Assembly: GCF_902713615.1 (NCBI RefSeq)
Contig: NC_052157.1
Span: 61,468,146 to 61,532,145 of the forward strand
Length of the DNA stretch: 64,000 nt
Source of the DNA: Scyliorhinus canicula
Taxonomy: Eukaryota
Direction of reading: 5' to 3'
Numbering within the stretch: position 1 is the first letter of the stretch; each line of letters begins with the position of its first letter. A program made the position numbers and the translations under genes. A model generated the notes under the pieces. That model did no database searches and was not told the origin of the DNA. It saw only the letters and a list, made by a program, of their open reading frames with translations. Positions 12,295 through 24,742 of the stretch are shown in pieces.

Positions 12295-12515
12295 AAACAC
12301 AAAAAGGGAATGAAACCGGACGGGCCACCCAGCATCGACCCAGGCACCGAAAATGACAACAGCAAACCCAGCCCTGTTGACCTTGCAAAGTCCTCCTTAC
12401 TAACATCTGGGGACAGGCGCCAAAGTTGGGAGAGCTGTCTCATAGACTAGTCAAGTAGCTGCCTGACATAGTCACATTCACAGAATTGTACCTTACAGAC
12501 AATGCCCAGACACCT
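12295..12515 (+). mobile_element. LINE fragment, N-terminus of an APE endonuclease
   Basis: Translates to NIWG..PKLGELSHRLVK..PDIV, then TELYLTDN after a frameshift. Confidence 0.55.
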
Positions 12516-12535
12516 CCAGATGAGAAGTATGGATC

Positions 12536-13191
12536 TGTTATAGGGCAGGGTTTAAAAATGGCAGTGTATTATGGAGTCCACCTGACCTACAACATTTATG
12601 TTGAATTTGGCTAGGATGAGCACAAGAGCCTGCCTTCAGATGTTATTAACAAACTTCTCAGGCGCTTTTAATCCAAAAAACAAGCTTTATTCTAAGAATT
12701 TAGTTAACATTTGTATAAACACAAACAGCAAGAATTTTTATCAATTACAACCATAAAGACCCCACACAGATACAGAAACCTAAGTATAAACCTTCATGAA
12801 TTCCCCTTAATTGTTTCAATTCAATAATAAAATCCAATTAAAACTAGAAACCCCTTTTCAAAGGTGTGGCTAGAACACTGTATTCTCGCTTGACTAATAC
12901 TATTGTTACTGAAACTCTGTTCCACTTTTCACCAAGCAGATTTGAATTCCTTCCAGAAAGCAATTATATCTCCAAGGCCACCATCAAGGTGATTCTTTAA
13001 CTGGAACAGATTTAAAATAAATAAAAACAGAGAAAGACAGTGTAAATACTTCTTTTCTCTTTTAGTCCACAGCAGTCAAATTGAAAAACGAAAGAAAAAC
13101 TCGCAGCCACAGCTCAGCTCCACCCACACATTGACATCACTGAAGCCACATGACAAGACAAAACCTTTCTTAAAGGGACACTCACATGACA
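12536..13191. mobile_element. Solo LTR with 4-bp TSD
   Basis: TG...CA termini; GATC at both 12532-12535 and 13192-13195; interrupts a Gypsy integrase remnant. Confidence 0.7.
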
Positions 13192-14400
13192 GATCCTAAA
13201 AATGGGCCAGAAGAATCAGCGTGAAGATGGGCCCAGGGCCAACCGGGCCAATCCCATATGTGTAGAGGCATGGCTGCCGAAGTCGTTTGATGCTCTTGAC
13301 AAGCAGGGTGGCTAAATTCGGTATAAAACGTCCGTAATAAATGATCAGGTTTAAGAAGGAGCAAATCGTTGCAGCGTCATGTAACGCCGGGGCCACCTTG
13401 ATTGCCTGTTCTTTGTCGGCTGCTGAGTACAGGTCATCCCGGTCGACCCAGTATCGAGATACACCACCTCTTTAGCATTGCGTAGCACTTCGCCTTACGC
13501 AGGCGGACACCATTTTCCGAAAATCTCTGCAATACCGCTTCAAGGTTTCGCAGGTGCTCAGCCTTCGTGGCCCCCGTAAACAACAAATCACCGAGAAAGA
13601 CAGCAACGCATGGGAGACCACGTAATATATTTTTCATGATGCGTTGAAACACGTCACTTGCCGAGGATATGCCAAATGGAAGCCGGGTGTACTCGTATAA
13701 TCCTTTATGATATTGACAATAACATATTTTCTCGAGACCTTGTGCAATTTAAGCTCTAAATAAGCATTGCTCATTGCTCATATCTGACAAATTTAAAACC
13801 ACCTGACAGCGCGGCATAGAGATCTTCAATTCGAGGTAGCAGATGTAGGTCTAAATGTGAAGCCATATTGACAATAACTTGTAATGGCTGCAAAGGTGGA
13901 CAGTGAGTCTGGTTTCATCACCAGAACCACCAGCGGTGTAAAGTCGGCAAATTGAACTGACCGAATTATATTGAGGCTCTCCAACTACTGCAGTTTAGTC
14001 CAGATCTTACCAACAATAACATAAAGGACTGGTCGAGTATGAACAGAACGGGGCTGGATTTTTGCCACAGCTTACTTTTCCCAAGGCCAGGCCTGTATAC
14101 ATCAGAACTTTTTGCATGCCGTATAGACGTTCCCCCATCTCCACCTGGATGATACGTTGCCAGTCGATCAGCAAATGTTGTAGCCAATCCTGACCCAGCA
14201 GGTTGGGGCCATCCCCTTGGGCCACAATCAGGAGAAGGTACAAGGACCGATGCCTGTAAACCACCGGAGCATGTGTGGAGCCGAAAATAGCCAAATCCTC
14301 CCCATATTCGTGCCGAGGTGGACGCCAAATCAGCCATCGATAATTAACTCACCCCAGGGCAGCTCGGGAGACCACGTGCTATATTTTCCACAATATATTA
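13192..14400 (-). mobile_element. Gypsy pol fragment (protease-RT-RNase H start joined to integrase by deletion)
   Basis: LLGQDWL, FQRIMKNIL, VFLGDLL, IIYYGRFIPNLA, WDWPGWPWAHLHAD. Confidence 0.8.
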
Positions 14401-14419
14401 CGTGGAAATATACCCACAT

Positions 14420-14560
14420 TGTTAGCACTGCTGCCTCACAGCACCGAGGACCCAGGTTCGATTCCCGACTCCCGGGTCACTGTCCGTATGGAGATTGCAC
14501 ATTCTCCCCGTGTCTGCATGGGTCTCACCCCAACAACCCAAAAGATACGCAGGATAGGAA
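14420..14560 (+). mobile_element. V-SINE fragment
   Basis: Head with B-box and partial V-core. Confidence 0.75.
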
Positions 14561-14562
14561 GG

Positions 14563-15352
14563 GTCTGACAGATGGAGTTCAATGTTGATAAATGTCAGGT
14601 CTATTTTGTTAGGAATAACAGCAAAATGGACTATTATTTAAATGGTAAAAAATTGTAGCATGCTGCTGTGCAGAGGGACCTGGGTGCCCTTTGTGCATGA
14701 ATCACAAAATATTGGTTTGCAGGTGTAGCAGGTAATTAGAAAGTAAATGGAATTTTGTCCTTCATTGCTCAGGGGATGGAGTTTAAAAATAAGGAGGTTG
14801 TGTTGCAGCAGTATAGGATGCCGGTGAGGCCACACCTGGAATACTGTGCACAGTTTTGGTCTCCTTACTTGAGAAAGGATTAACTGGCACTTGAGGACGT
14901 GCAGAGCATGTTCACTAGGTTGAGTCCAGAGGATTGGCTTATGAGGAGAGACTGAGTAGACTGGAACAATACTCATTGGAATTTAGAAGAATGAGGGGAG
15001 ATCCGATGGAAACATATAAAATTATGAAGGGAATATATAGGATCGAAGCAGGGAGGTTGTTTCCACTGGCGGGTGAAACTAGAACTAGGGGACATAACCT
15101 CAAAATAAGGGGGAGCAGATTTAGAATTGAATTGAGGAGGAACTTCCTCACCCAAAGGGTTGTGAATCTGTGGAATTTCCGGCCCAGTAAGGCAGTTGAG
15201 GCTACCTCGTTAAATATTTTTAAGGCAAAGGTAGATAGATTTTTGAACAGAAAAGGAATAAAAGGTTACGGTGAGCGGCTGGGTTGGTGGAGCTGAGTCC
15301 ACGAAAAGAGGCCAGATGGCCTACTCCTGCTCCTAATTCTTATGTTTTTATG
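14563..15352 (+). mobile_element. CR1 3' fragment
   Basis: RPHLEYC, YEERLSRL, LEFRRMRGD; CR1 tail CCTACTCCTGCTCC...TTATG. Confidence 0.88.
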
Positions 15353-15354
15353 AA

Positions 15355-18300
15355 GGCATCGAAGGCGCAGAGGCCCCCATGTTTGTGGCATGCATGCTGG
15401 ATCAGCTGATGGGGGGGAGGGGGCCTTTGACCAACCCCGCGAGGTGGATCGGGCGCACAGGGCGCTGAGGAGGAGACCGCAGGTGGGGGAACCACCAAGG
15501 GCGATGGTGGTGAGGCTGCATTGGTTCCTGGAATGAAGAAAAGATCCTGAGGTGGGTGAAACAGACCAAGAAATGCACCAAGGAGGGGAGTGAACTGTGG
15601 ATTTACCGGGACCTGGGTGCGGATCTGGCTAAGCGGTAGGCTGGGTACAATCGGATAAAGGCTGCCCTCTGCAAGAGGTGGGTGAATTTCGGGTTTTATA
15701 TCCTGCCTGCTTGTGGGTGATGCATTATTTTGACTCTCTGGAGGAGGTAATGGACTTTATGAGGGACCTTGAATTGGGAGAAGCGTGAGGACCTCAAACT
15801 TTGGAAAGGAGTTTTTTTAACATTGTGGGGGACGTTGGGGTAGGTGAATTGGGGAAAGTTTTGATGTGAGAGTGGTGATGGTGAGTGTTCCTTTTATTGC
15901 TCTTTGTTTGAAGGTGTTGGAGGGTTGAGGGGGGGGAAGGAGTGGATTGGGAGGGTGAGGGGAAGGCGGAGGTCCTGGGCGGGGGTCACCATGATAGCTG
16001 GGTGGGCTAGTTAACAGGAGTGAAGTGGGGGTTGCCAGGAGGATAGTATTGGGGGGAGGGGAAGTGGGAGGGGGATTGGGTTGGGTCTTTGTTTGGTAGA
16101 GGGGGAAGGAGCATTGCTGAGATGGGTGTGGCGCAGTAGAAGAGAGAGATAGTGGCAGACATCCGAGGACGGGCCTGGAGGGACACGTGACATGTGCCGG
16201 GGCTGGCTTAAAAACGGGTATGGCTGATCAACAGGGCAGGAGGGCAGGGAGCCCCCTGACCAGGCTGCTAACATGGATTGTGCAAGGGTTGAATAGACCG
16301 GTTAAGCGGTCACGTGTTTTCCTGCATCTGATGAGCTTGGAGGCAGATGTTGTGTTCTTGCAGGAGAGGCACCTGAAGTTGGGTTATCAGATGAGGCTGA
16401 GGAAGGGATGGGTGGGGCAGGTGTTCCACCTGGGGCTGGACATGAAGACGAGGGGGGTGTGACGGTGTGCGTTACAAAAAGAGTGGCTTTCAAGGTGGGG
16501 AGCATTCTGGCCAATCCAGAGGGTAGATATGTGCCGGTCAGGGGGAAATTGGAGAGGATGGCGGTGGTTCTGATGAATGTATATGCCCCGAATTGGGACG
16601 ACTTTATGAGGCGGGTCTCAGGGACGATCCCAGACCTGGACACAAAACAGCTGTTTCTGGGGGAATGATTTCAATTCTAGATCGTGTTTGGACCAGTCGA
16701 GTTTGGACTAAGTCGTCAAGGGTGTCGGTGGTGGCGAGAGAGCTGAGGGGGTTGATGGAGCGCATGGGGGTGAGTTGAGCCATGGTGGTTTGGGAGGCCG
16801 AGGGCAAAGGAGTTCTCACATGTCTCACATGTGCACCGAGTGTACTCCCGAATCGATTTGTTGTTATGGACAAGGCGCTGCTGGCGGCAGTGGCCAACTC
16901 GGAGTCTTCAGCCATTGTAGTCTCTGACCATGTGCCACACTGAGTGGATAAGCGGGTGGTGAAGGGGGAGGCCCAACGGCCGCAGTAGAGGTTGGATGTT
17001 GGATAAGGGTGTGTGTGAGCGGATGTACAGGGAGTTGAATGAAACGGGGGAGGTCACAGCCACCACGCTATGGGAGGCACTTAAGACAATAGTTAGGGGG
17101 AATTTATTTAAATTCGGACGCATAAGGAGAGGGTGGAACGAGGAAAGGGCGAAGCTGGTAGAGGAGATTCTGAGGGTAGATTGGAGGTACTTGGTGGCGT
17201 TGCAGGAGTGGTTGTTAAAGGAGAGGCAGAGGCTCCAGATGCAGTATGGGTTAGTGTCCACAGGGAAGGTGATGGGGCAGTCGCAGAGGGCCAAATGGGG
17301 AAAAGGCGAACAGGGTGCTGGCCTATCAGCTGAGGAAGCAGACAACAGTGGTGGAGATCGGTAGGGTGAAGGGTGAAAGGAGTAGAGCAGAGACGGACAT
17401 GGAGGGGGTGAATGGAGCATTTGAAGTTTTCTGAGGGATTCTAAAAGTCAGAGTCTCCGGCTGGGGAGGAGGGGATACGGAGGTTCATGGATGGGTTGGA
17501 GTTCCCTAGGTAGATGGGGATAGGCTGCAGGGACTGGGGGCCAAATTGGGTTGAGTGAGGTGATGGATGGCATGGGTGCGATTCAGGCAGGGAAGGCCCC
17601 AGGCTGGACGAGTTCCCAGTCGAGTTTTATAAGAGGTTTGGGCTGAGCTGGGACCGTTGTCAGCTAGGAGGTTCAATGAGACGAGGGGTAGCGGGGGAGG
17701 GGGTGGCTTCCCCCCACATTGCCACAGGCGTCCATCTCCCTGATCTTAAAGAAAGGCAAGGACCCAGAGCAGTGTGGGTCATACAGCCCAATATCGTTGC
17801 TGAATGTTGATGCAAAGTTGTTGCCGAAGCTGGCATCAGGAATTGAGGACTGCGTGCCAGGGGTGATAGGAGGACCAGACGAGATTTGTGAAGGGAAGGC
17901 AGTTGTCAGCAGGGGTTTGTGAATTGGAATCAGCTGTTGTGTAGGGAGCTGGTGATGAGCGTTCAGGTGAACTGGATGAATTTGGGGTGCTTCAGGTTAC
18001 ATCATGGGACGAGACAGGGGTGCCTGTTCTCACCATTCCTGTTCGCCTTGGCGATAGAGCTTTTGGCAATGGCACTTAGGGTGCTGAGGGATTGGAAAGG
18101 AATTGAACGTGAGGGGGATGTCGAGCATAAAGTCTCGTTACATGCAGACGATCTGTTATTATTTTTCTCAAACACGATGAGCAGCATTGAAGAGATTATG
18201 GAGACTTTGAGGGAATTTGGCCAATTTCTGGGCTACAAATTGAACATGGGGAAGAGCGAGGTGTTCCCGATCAATGCTAGGGGGTATGAGAGGAAGTTAG

Positions 18301-20283
18301 GGGAGCTACCAATCAGGGTGGTGGGGTGAATTTTTGGTATCTAGGAACCCAGGTGGCACGGAGCTGGGCCCAGTCACACAAATTGAACTGGACACAAACG
18401 TGGAGGGAGCAAAGGTGAATTTCCAGAGGTCAGATGAAATGCCACTGTCATTGGCTGGGCATGTATAGATGGTGAAAATGAGGGCGTTCATGTTCCAGAA
18501 CCTCCCTATCTTTCTTCCCAAGTCCTTTTTCAGGAAGGTTAAAGGGATAATATCGACGTTTATGCGGGCGGGGAAGACCACACGGGTGAGGCGGATGTTC
18601 CTGGAGAGGGGACGGGGAGGGGGGACTGGCATTGCTGAAGTTGATAAATTATTATTGGGCAGCAAACATTGCATTGGTGAGAAAATGAGCGGTAGGGGAG
18701 AGATCGGTTTGGGGGTGGATGGAGGTGGCGTCATTTAGGGGGACGGGTTTGAGGGCACTATTGTTGGCACCTTTTTCGTTCTCGCTGGTCAGATACTCCG
18801 TGAGCCCGGTGGTGGTTTTGGCATTGCTGGTGTGGGGCCAGTGTGGGCAGCGTTTTGGTTTGGAGGGCATGTCGTTGTGGACGCCGATATGTGACAACCA
18901 TAGGTTCGTGCCGGCAGGGCTGGATGAGAGGTTCCGGGGTGGCGGCAGGTGGTAAAGAGTAATTTAGGCACTTGTTCATCAGGGGAAGTTTGCAGGGCTG
19001 GAGGAGTTGGAGTTATTGCATGAGTTGCCCAAGGGGAATGACTTTTGGTACCTGCAGGTGAGAGATTTTGTGAAGAGCGAGGTGCTGTGCTTCCCGGGGC
19101 TGCCACCTCCGTGTTGCAGGACAAGCTGTTGTCGGATGATGATATGGGGGAGGGTATCGGATATTTGCAAGGAATTGATAGAAATGGGGGGTGCCTTGGT
19201 GGAGGAGGTTAAGTGCAAATGGGAGAAGGTGCTGGAAAGGAGGGTGTGGGCCAGGACGAGGGTAACGGCCTTGCGGAGGGTGAACGTGTCCTTGTTATGT
19301 GCGAGGCTGAACCTCATCCAGGTTAATGTGGTGCATAGGGCACATATGATGGTGACGAGGATGGGCCGGTTCTTTGTGAAAGTGAAAGACAGTTGTGGGC
19401 AGTGTGTGCGGGGGTCCGCAAATCACGTCCACATGTTCTGGGTGTGTCCAAAGCTGAGGGTGTTCTGGCAGGGGTTCTCGGATCTTACGTTGAGGTTCTC
19501 GGTGGGCAGCATGGTAGCATAGTGGTTAGCACTATTACTTCACAGCGCCAGGGTGGGTCACTGTCTGTGCGGAGTACGCACATTCTCGCCATGTGTGCGT
19601 GATTTTTCCACGGGTGCTCCGGTTTCCTTCCACAAGTTCCGAAAGATGTGCTGTGAGGTAATTTGGACATTCTGAATTCTCCCTCTGTGTACCCGAACAG
19701 GCGCCGGAATGTGGCGACTAGGGGCTTTTCACAGTAACTTCATTGCAGTGATAATGTCAGCTTACTTGCAACAATAAAGATTATTATTATTATTAGGTGT
19801 TGGGGTGGCCCCAGGTCCGAAGGTGGTGATATTCGTTGTGTCGAAATATCTGGGAGTCCAGGTGGGGAGAAATGGCCAATGTATTGGCCTTTAACTCCCT
19901 GATAGCCTGGAGATGGATTTTGTTGTGTTGCCGGGATTCGGAGCCGCTGAAGGTGGGGGTGTGGGTGAGTGAATTCCTGCGGTTGGAGAAGGCTAAGTTC
20001 GCTTTGAGGGGGTCGGCAGAGGGGTTCACCTGGAGGTGGAAACCGTTCATTGGTTTCTTCAGGGAGGATTGAGGGGTCAGTGGGGTGGGGGGGGCGGGGA
20101 GCGTGTTTGGGGGCTAGTGGGTAATAAGGGGGTAAAAATTGGGAAGACGGGATGTGGTGGGGTGTTCATATCGGGGGAGGTTGGGGATTTGTGTTGTTTG
20201 TTCAGGCTGATGTTTTGGTCTTCGGATGTCTTTGTGTATATTTGTAAATGAACTTGAATAAAATTATTTAAAAAAAAGAAAAA
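15355..20283 (+). mobile_element. L1/Tx1-like LINE, decayed (ORF1 C-terminus, ORF2 EN-RT-Cys domain, poly(A))
   Basis: WIYRDLGADL and GVLYPA (ORF1); VFLQERHL, MNVYAPN, PISLLNVDAKL, GTRQGC, HADDLL, CGQC..HVHMFWVCP; AATAAA plus A-tract near 20257-20283. Confidence 0.88.
19504..19794 (+). mobile_element. V-SINE, (ATT)n-tail subfamily, inside L1
   Basis: GGGCAGCATGGTAGCATAGTGG head; tail CAACAATAAAGATTATTATTATT. Confidence 0.9.
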
Positions 20284-20312
20284 GCTGTCATCACATTTAA
20301 GCATTTCAACCG

Positions 20313-20637
20313 GGGCAGCACGGTAGCACAGTGGTTAGCACCACTGCCTCACAGCGCCAGGGACCCAGGTTCAATACCGGCCTTGGGTCACTGTCTGTGC
20401 GAAGTTTGTACATTCTCCCCGTGACTGCGTGGGTTTCCTCCGGGTGCTCCGGTTTCTTCCCACAATCCAAAGATGGATGCAGTGGGTGGATTAGCCATGC
20501 TAAATTGCCCCTTACTGTCCAGGGATATGAAGGTTAGGTTGTGGAGTTGCAGGGATAGGATGGGACATGGAGCGGTGCAGACCAGATGGGCCAAATGGCC
20601 TCCTTTTGCACGGTAGGTATTCTATGATTCTATGATA
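20313..20637 (+). mobile_element. V-SINE (HE1-like) with CR1-type (ATTCTATG)n tail
   Basis: Full head and V-core; tail GATGGGCCAAATGGCCTCC...ATTCTATGATTCTATG. Confidence 0.9.
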
Positions 20638-20877
20638 GATAGATAGTTTTTTGAAGAATAAAGGGATTAAGGGTTATGGTGTTCGGGCCGGAAAGTGGAG
20701 CTGAGTCCACAAAAGATCAGCCATGATCTCATTGAATGGCGGAGCAGGCTCGAGGGGCCATACATTAGAACATAAGAACTAGGAGCAGGGGTAGGCCATC
20801 TGGCCCCTCGAGCCTGCTCCGCCATTCAATTAGATCATGGCTCATCTTTTGTGGACTCAGCTCCACTTTCCGGCCCG
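20636..20877. repeat. Inverted CR1 3'-end duplication: 77-bp arms (2 mismatches) with a 40-nt loop
   Basis: 20684-20760 is the reverse complement of 20801-20877. Confidence 0.9.
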
Positions 20878-22525
20878 TATCTATCTTTACCTTAAAAACA
20901 TGTAATGAAGGAGCCTCAACTGCTTCACTGGGCAAGGAATTCCATAGATTCACAACCCTTTGGGTGAAGAAGTTCCTCCTAAACTCAGTCCTAAATCTAC
21001 TTCCCCTTATTTTGAGGCTATGTCCCCTAGTTCTGCTGTCACCCGCCAGTGGAAACAACCTGCCCGCATCTATCCTATCTATTCCCTTCATAATTTTAAA
21101 TGTTTCTATAAGATCCCCCCTCATCCTTCTAAATTCCAACGAGTACAGTCCCAGTCTACTCAACCTCTCCTCATAATCCAACCCCTTCAGCTCTGGGATT
21201 AACCTAGTGAATCTCCTCTGCACACCCTCCAGTGCCAGTACGTCCTTTCTCAAGTAAGGAGACCAAAACTGAACACAATACTCCAGGTGTGGCGGCACTA
21301 ACACCTTATACAATTGCAACATAACCTCCATAGTCTTAAACTCCATCCCTCGAGCAATGAAGGACAACATTCCATTTGCCTTCTTAATCACCTGTTGCAC
21401 TTTTAAACCAACCTTCTGTGACTCATGCACTAGCACACCCAAGTCTCTCTGAACAGCGGCATGCTTTAATATTTATCGTTTAAATAATAATCCCGTTTGC
21501 TGTTATTCCTACCAAAATGGATAACCTCACATTTGTCAACATTGTATTCCATCTGCCAGACCCTAGCCCATTCACTTAACCTATCCAAATCCCTTTGCAG
21601 ACTTCCAGTATCCTCTGCACTTTTCGTTTTACCACTCATCTTAGTGTCATCTGCAAACTTGGACACATTGCCCTTGGTCCCCAACTCCAAATCATCTATG
21701 TAAATTGTGAACAATTGTGGGCCCAACACGGATCCCTGAGGGACACCACTAGCTACTGATTGCCAACCAGAGAAACACCCATTTATCCCAACTCTTTGCT
21801 TTCTATTAATGAACCAATCCTCTATCCATGCTACTACTTTACCCTTAATGCCATGCATCTTTATCATATGCAGCAACCTTTTGTGTGGCACCTTGTCAAA
21901 GGCTTTCTGGAAATCCAGATATACCACATCCATCGGCTCCCCGTTATCTACTGCACTGGTAATGTCGTCAAAAAATCACACTAAATTAGTTAGGCATGAC
22001 CTGCCCTTTACGAACCCATGCTGCGTCTGCACAATGGGACAATTTCTATCCAGATGCCTCGCAATTTCTTCCTTGATGATAGATTCCAGCATCTTCCCTA
22101 CTACCGAAGCTAAGCTCACTGGCCTATAATTTCCTGCTTTCTGCCTACCTCCTTTTTTAAACAGTGGCGTCACGTTTGCTAATTTCCAATCCACCGGGAC
22201 CACCCCAGAATCTAGTGAATTTCGGTAAATTATCACTAGTGCATCTGCAATTTCCCTAGCCATCTCTTTTAGCACTCTGGGATGCATTCCATCAGGGCCA
22301 GGAGACTTGTCTACCTTTAGCCCCATTAGCTTGCCCATCACTCCCTCCTTAGTGATAACAATCCTCTCCAGGTCCTCACCTGTCATAGCCTCATTTCTAT
22401 CAGTCGCTGGCATGTTATTTGTGTCTTCCACTGTGAAGACCGACCCAAAAAACCTGTTCAGTTCCTCAACCATTTCCTCATTTCCCATTATTAAAACTCC
22501 CTTCTCATCCTCTAAAGGACCAATA
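20761..22525 (-). mobile_element. 5'-truncated CR1 LINE, well-preserved RT
   Basis: KSPGPDG, NYRPVSL, YLDFQKAFDK, QGSVLGP, KFADDTK; 3' tail at ~20765. Confidence 0.93.
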
Positions 22526-22561
22526 CGGCCTACTCCTGCTCCTAGTTCTTGTGTTCTTATG

Positions 22562-22837
22562 ATTGCACATTCAGGTGGGTAATGTTGGAGGTGCTGTTAC
22601 CCAGTGGGTTCCTCACTGTGCAGTAGAAACTTGCATCATTCTCCCGTGTTACAGGAGTGAAGGAGAGAATGCGGCTACTTGTGTTTAACTGGATGCTGGT
22701 GTTCCCCTCGATCCTGAACCAGGTGCAATGGGATATTGGTGGGACACTTTCACTGGAGCAAGTTAATGTGATACTGTTTCCCTCTTTTATCCCACCGGAG
22801 GATCTGCTGATGAACACCAATGCCTCCTGTGGGGGAT
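22562..22837 (-). CDS. Siglec-like C2-set Ig exon (third C2), donor site lost
   Basis: Acceptor ctgttgcag|AT CCC CCA; PPQEALVF..EGNSITLTCSS..WF..DASFYCTVRNPLG..HLNVQ. The expected GT is replaced by a CR1 tail, giving TCA TAA. Confidence 0.85.
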
Positions 22838-23141
22838 CTGCAACAGGAACAGAGGAGAATCAGCAGTTCATCCCCACATCCCACAGCTCTCCGAGATCTC
22901 CGTGCTCCTCCAATTCCGGCCTCTTGGCCATCCTTATGTTTCTGTTGCTCCACCAATGGCAGTCGTGCTTTGAGCTGTCTGGACCCTAAACTTTGTAAAT
23001 CCCTCTCTCGTTTCTCATCTCCTTAGAACAAAATCTGACACTGAGTTACATCAGGAGATATTAGAACAGTTGACCAAAATCTCAGTCAAAGAGTCAGGTT
23101 TTAAGGAGCGTTTTACAGGTTGTGAGAGAGTTGGAGATTAT

Positions 23142-23842
23142 GGGTGCGATTCTCCGACGCCCACACCGGGCGGGAGAATCGAGGGAGTGCCGGGCGATTC
23201 CCGCCACGCCACCCTGGCACCCGCATGCAATTCTCCCACCCCACCCAAAACGGCGTGCCAGGTTTTACGACAGGCCGCTCAGAGAATTACCGCTCGACGT
23301 TTCTAACCGTCGAGCGGTGATTCTCCGGCCCGCCCAATCCGACCGGTTCACGCCAGCGCCAACCCCACCTGGTCGCTGCCGGCGTGAACAGCGCGTGAAC
23401 GCTGCGTGTGCGGCCTGTGGGGGGGGGAGGGAGGATCGAGCACCGGGGGGGGTGCTCAGGAGGGGTCTGGCCCGCGATCGGTACCCACCGATCGGCGGGC
23501 TGGCATCTCTAAAAGACGCTCTCTTTTTCCTCCGCCGCCTGGCAAGATCACTCTGACATGTCTTGTGGGGCGCCCGCGGGGGGGATGGCAACCGCGCATG
23601 CGCGGGTTGGCACCGGCCAACCTGCGCATGTGACGTCATTTAAGCGCCGCCGGCCGCGTCATTTACACGGCGCCGCTTTGATGCGGCGCCAAGGCCCGAC
23701 GCGCGAAATTGACACGGCGCCGCTCCTAGTCTCCTGGGGGTGGGAGAATAGGGGGCGAGGAGCGGCCTCCGACGCCGGAGTGAAACACTCCGGTTTTCAC
23801 TCCGGTGTAGGCGCTTAGTCTCCCGTTGGGAAAATTGCGCCC
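23142..23842. mobile_element. GC/CpG-rich MITE (Harbinger-type TIR, 3-bp TSD)
   Basis: GGGTGCGATTCTCC ... GGGAAAATTGCGCCC; TAT flanks both ends. Confidence 0.75.
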
Positions 23843-24504
23843 TATGTATCTATTATCCTGTCCATTCAACTGCATGTCAGAGACATTGTAAATCCCACAG
23901 TCTCTTGTAGATAGACCTGTTTGGACTGAGAGATTTAATACTTTGGCATCTAATACTTTGATGATAAGACCAAAATTACATCCAAGAAGGAAATCCCGTT
24001 AGATTAGTCACGGCAAGAGACACGACCACTGACTGAAGTAATGTCTGGAAGTGCAAAAGGATCAGCACAAAGCTGAATAAAGCTCTAGTCCAGTCACTAG
24101 TGTGGAGTGTTCCACTCTGTGAATGTGAGAGTTGGGCAGAGGAGACCAGGTTTTGAAATGTGGGTTTGGAGGAGGATGCTGGGAATCAGCTGAATGGACA
24201 GAAAGACCCATGAGTGTCTTCGATCAAAACGAGAAGTTCAGGAATTGAAAGGGTTTCTCAGTACAGTCAGAGAGAGAAAGATAGTCAAGTACGAAGGTGA
24301 GAAAAGACCCGACAGCCTTGTCTTGACACCAATTGAAGGAGAAACTGAGAGTAAAAACAGAAAAGGAAAAAGAGAAATTGTTGGATAACATTGGGACATG
24401 GATTGTGGGAGAATTGAAGAAAACCAGTGAAAAAACACGATAATGCCAATGGCTCCACTAAGACTATGATGATAACGAACAAGTGAATGTTTCTCTGCAT
24501 TCAC

Positions 24505-24742
24505 ATTCCACAGTGATGGTTATGGACCCCTCCACTGCTCCATGTTCATTCTCTGCTGCACACTCATAGTCTCCAGTGTCCCTGGATGTAACGTGAGGAA
24601 CCACCAACCACAGCTCATTGTTGGAACTTGTTCTGTTCATTGTGACATTAAGATGTCTCCAAGTCAGGTTAAAAGCTGGGAAGCTCTCGACAGAGCAGAT
24701 TATCACTGTAGAATTCCCCTCAATTATATTTATCGCTGATGC
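24505..24742 (-). pseudogene. Siglec-like C2-set exon (second C2), 3' part
   Basis: ASAINIIEGNSTVIICSVES..LTW..DTGDYECAAENEHG..ITVE, then donor gtgaat at 24504. Confidence 0.85.

Noticed and set aside
20313-20390. tRNA genes
   Set aside because: All tRNA-like A/B-box sequences are SINE heads followed by V or Deu cores; I see no complete cloverleaf.
1-22500. Transmembrane or ITIM/ITAM exons of the Siglec gene
   Set aside because: This interval is almost all TE-derived and I found no hydrophobic or tyrosine-motif exon.
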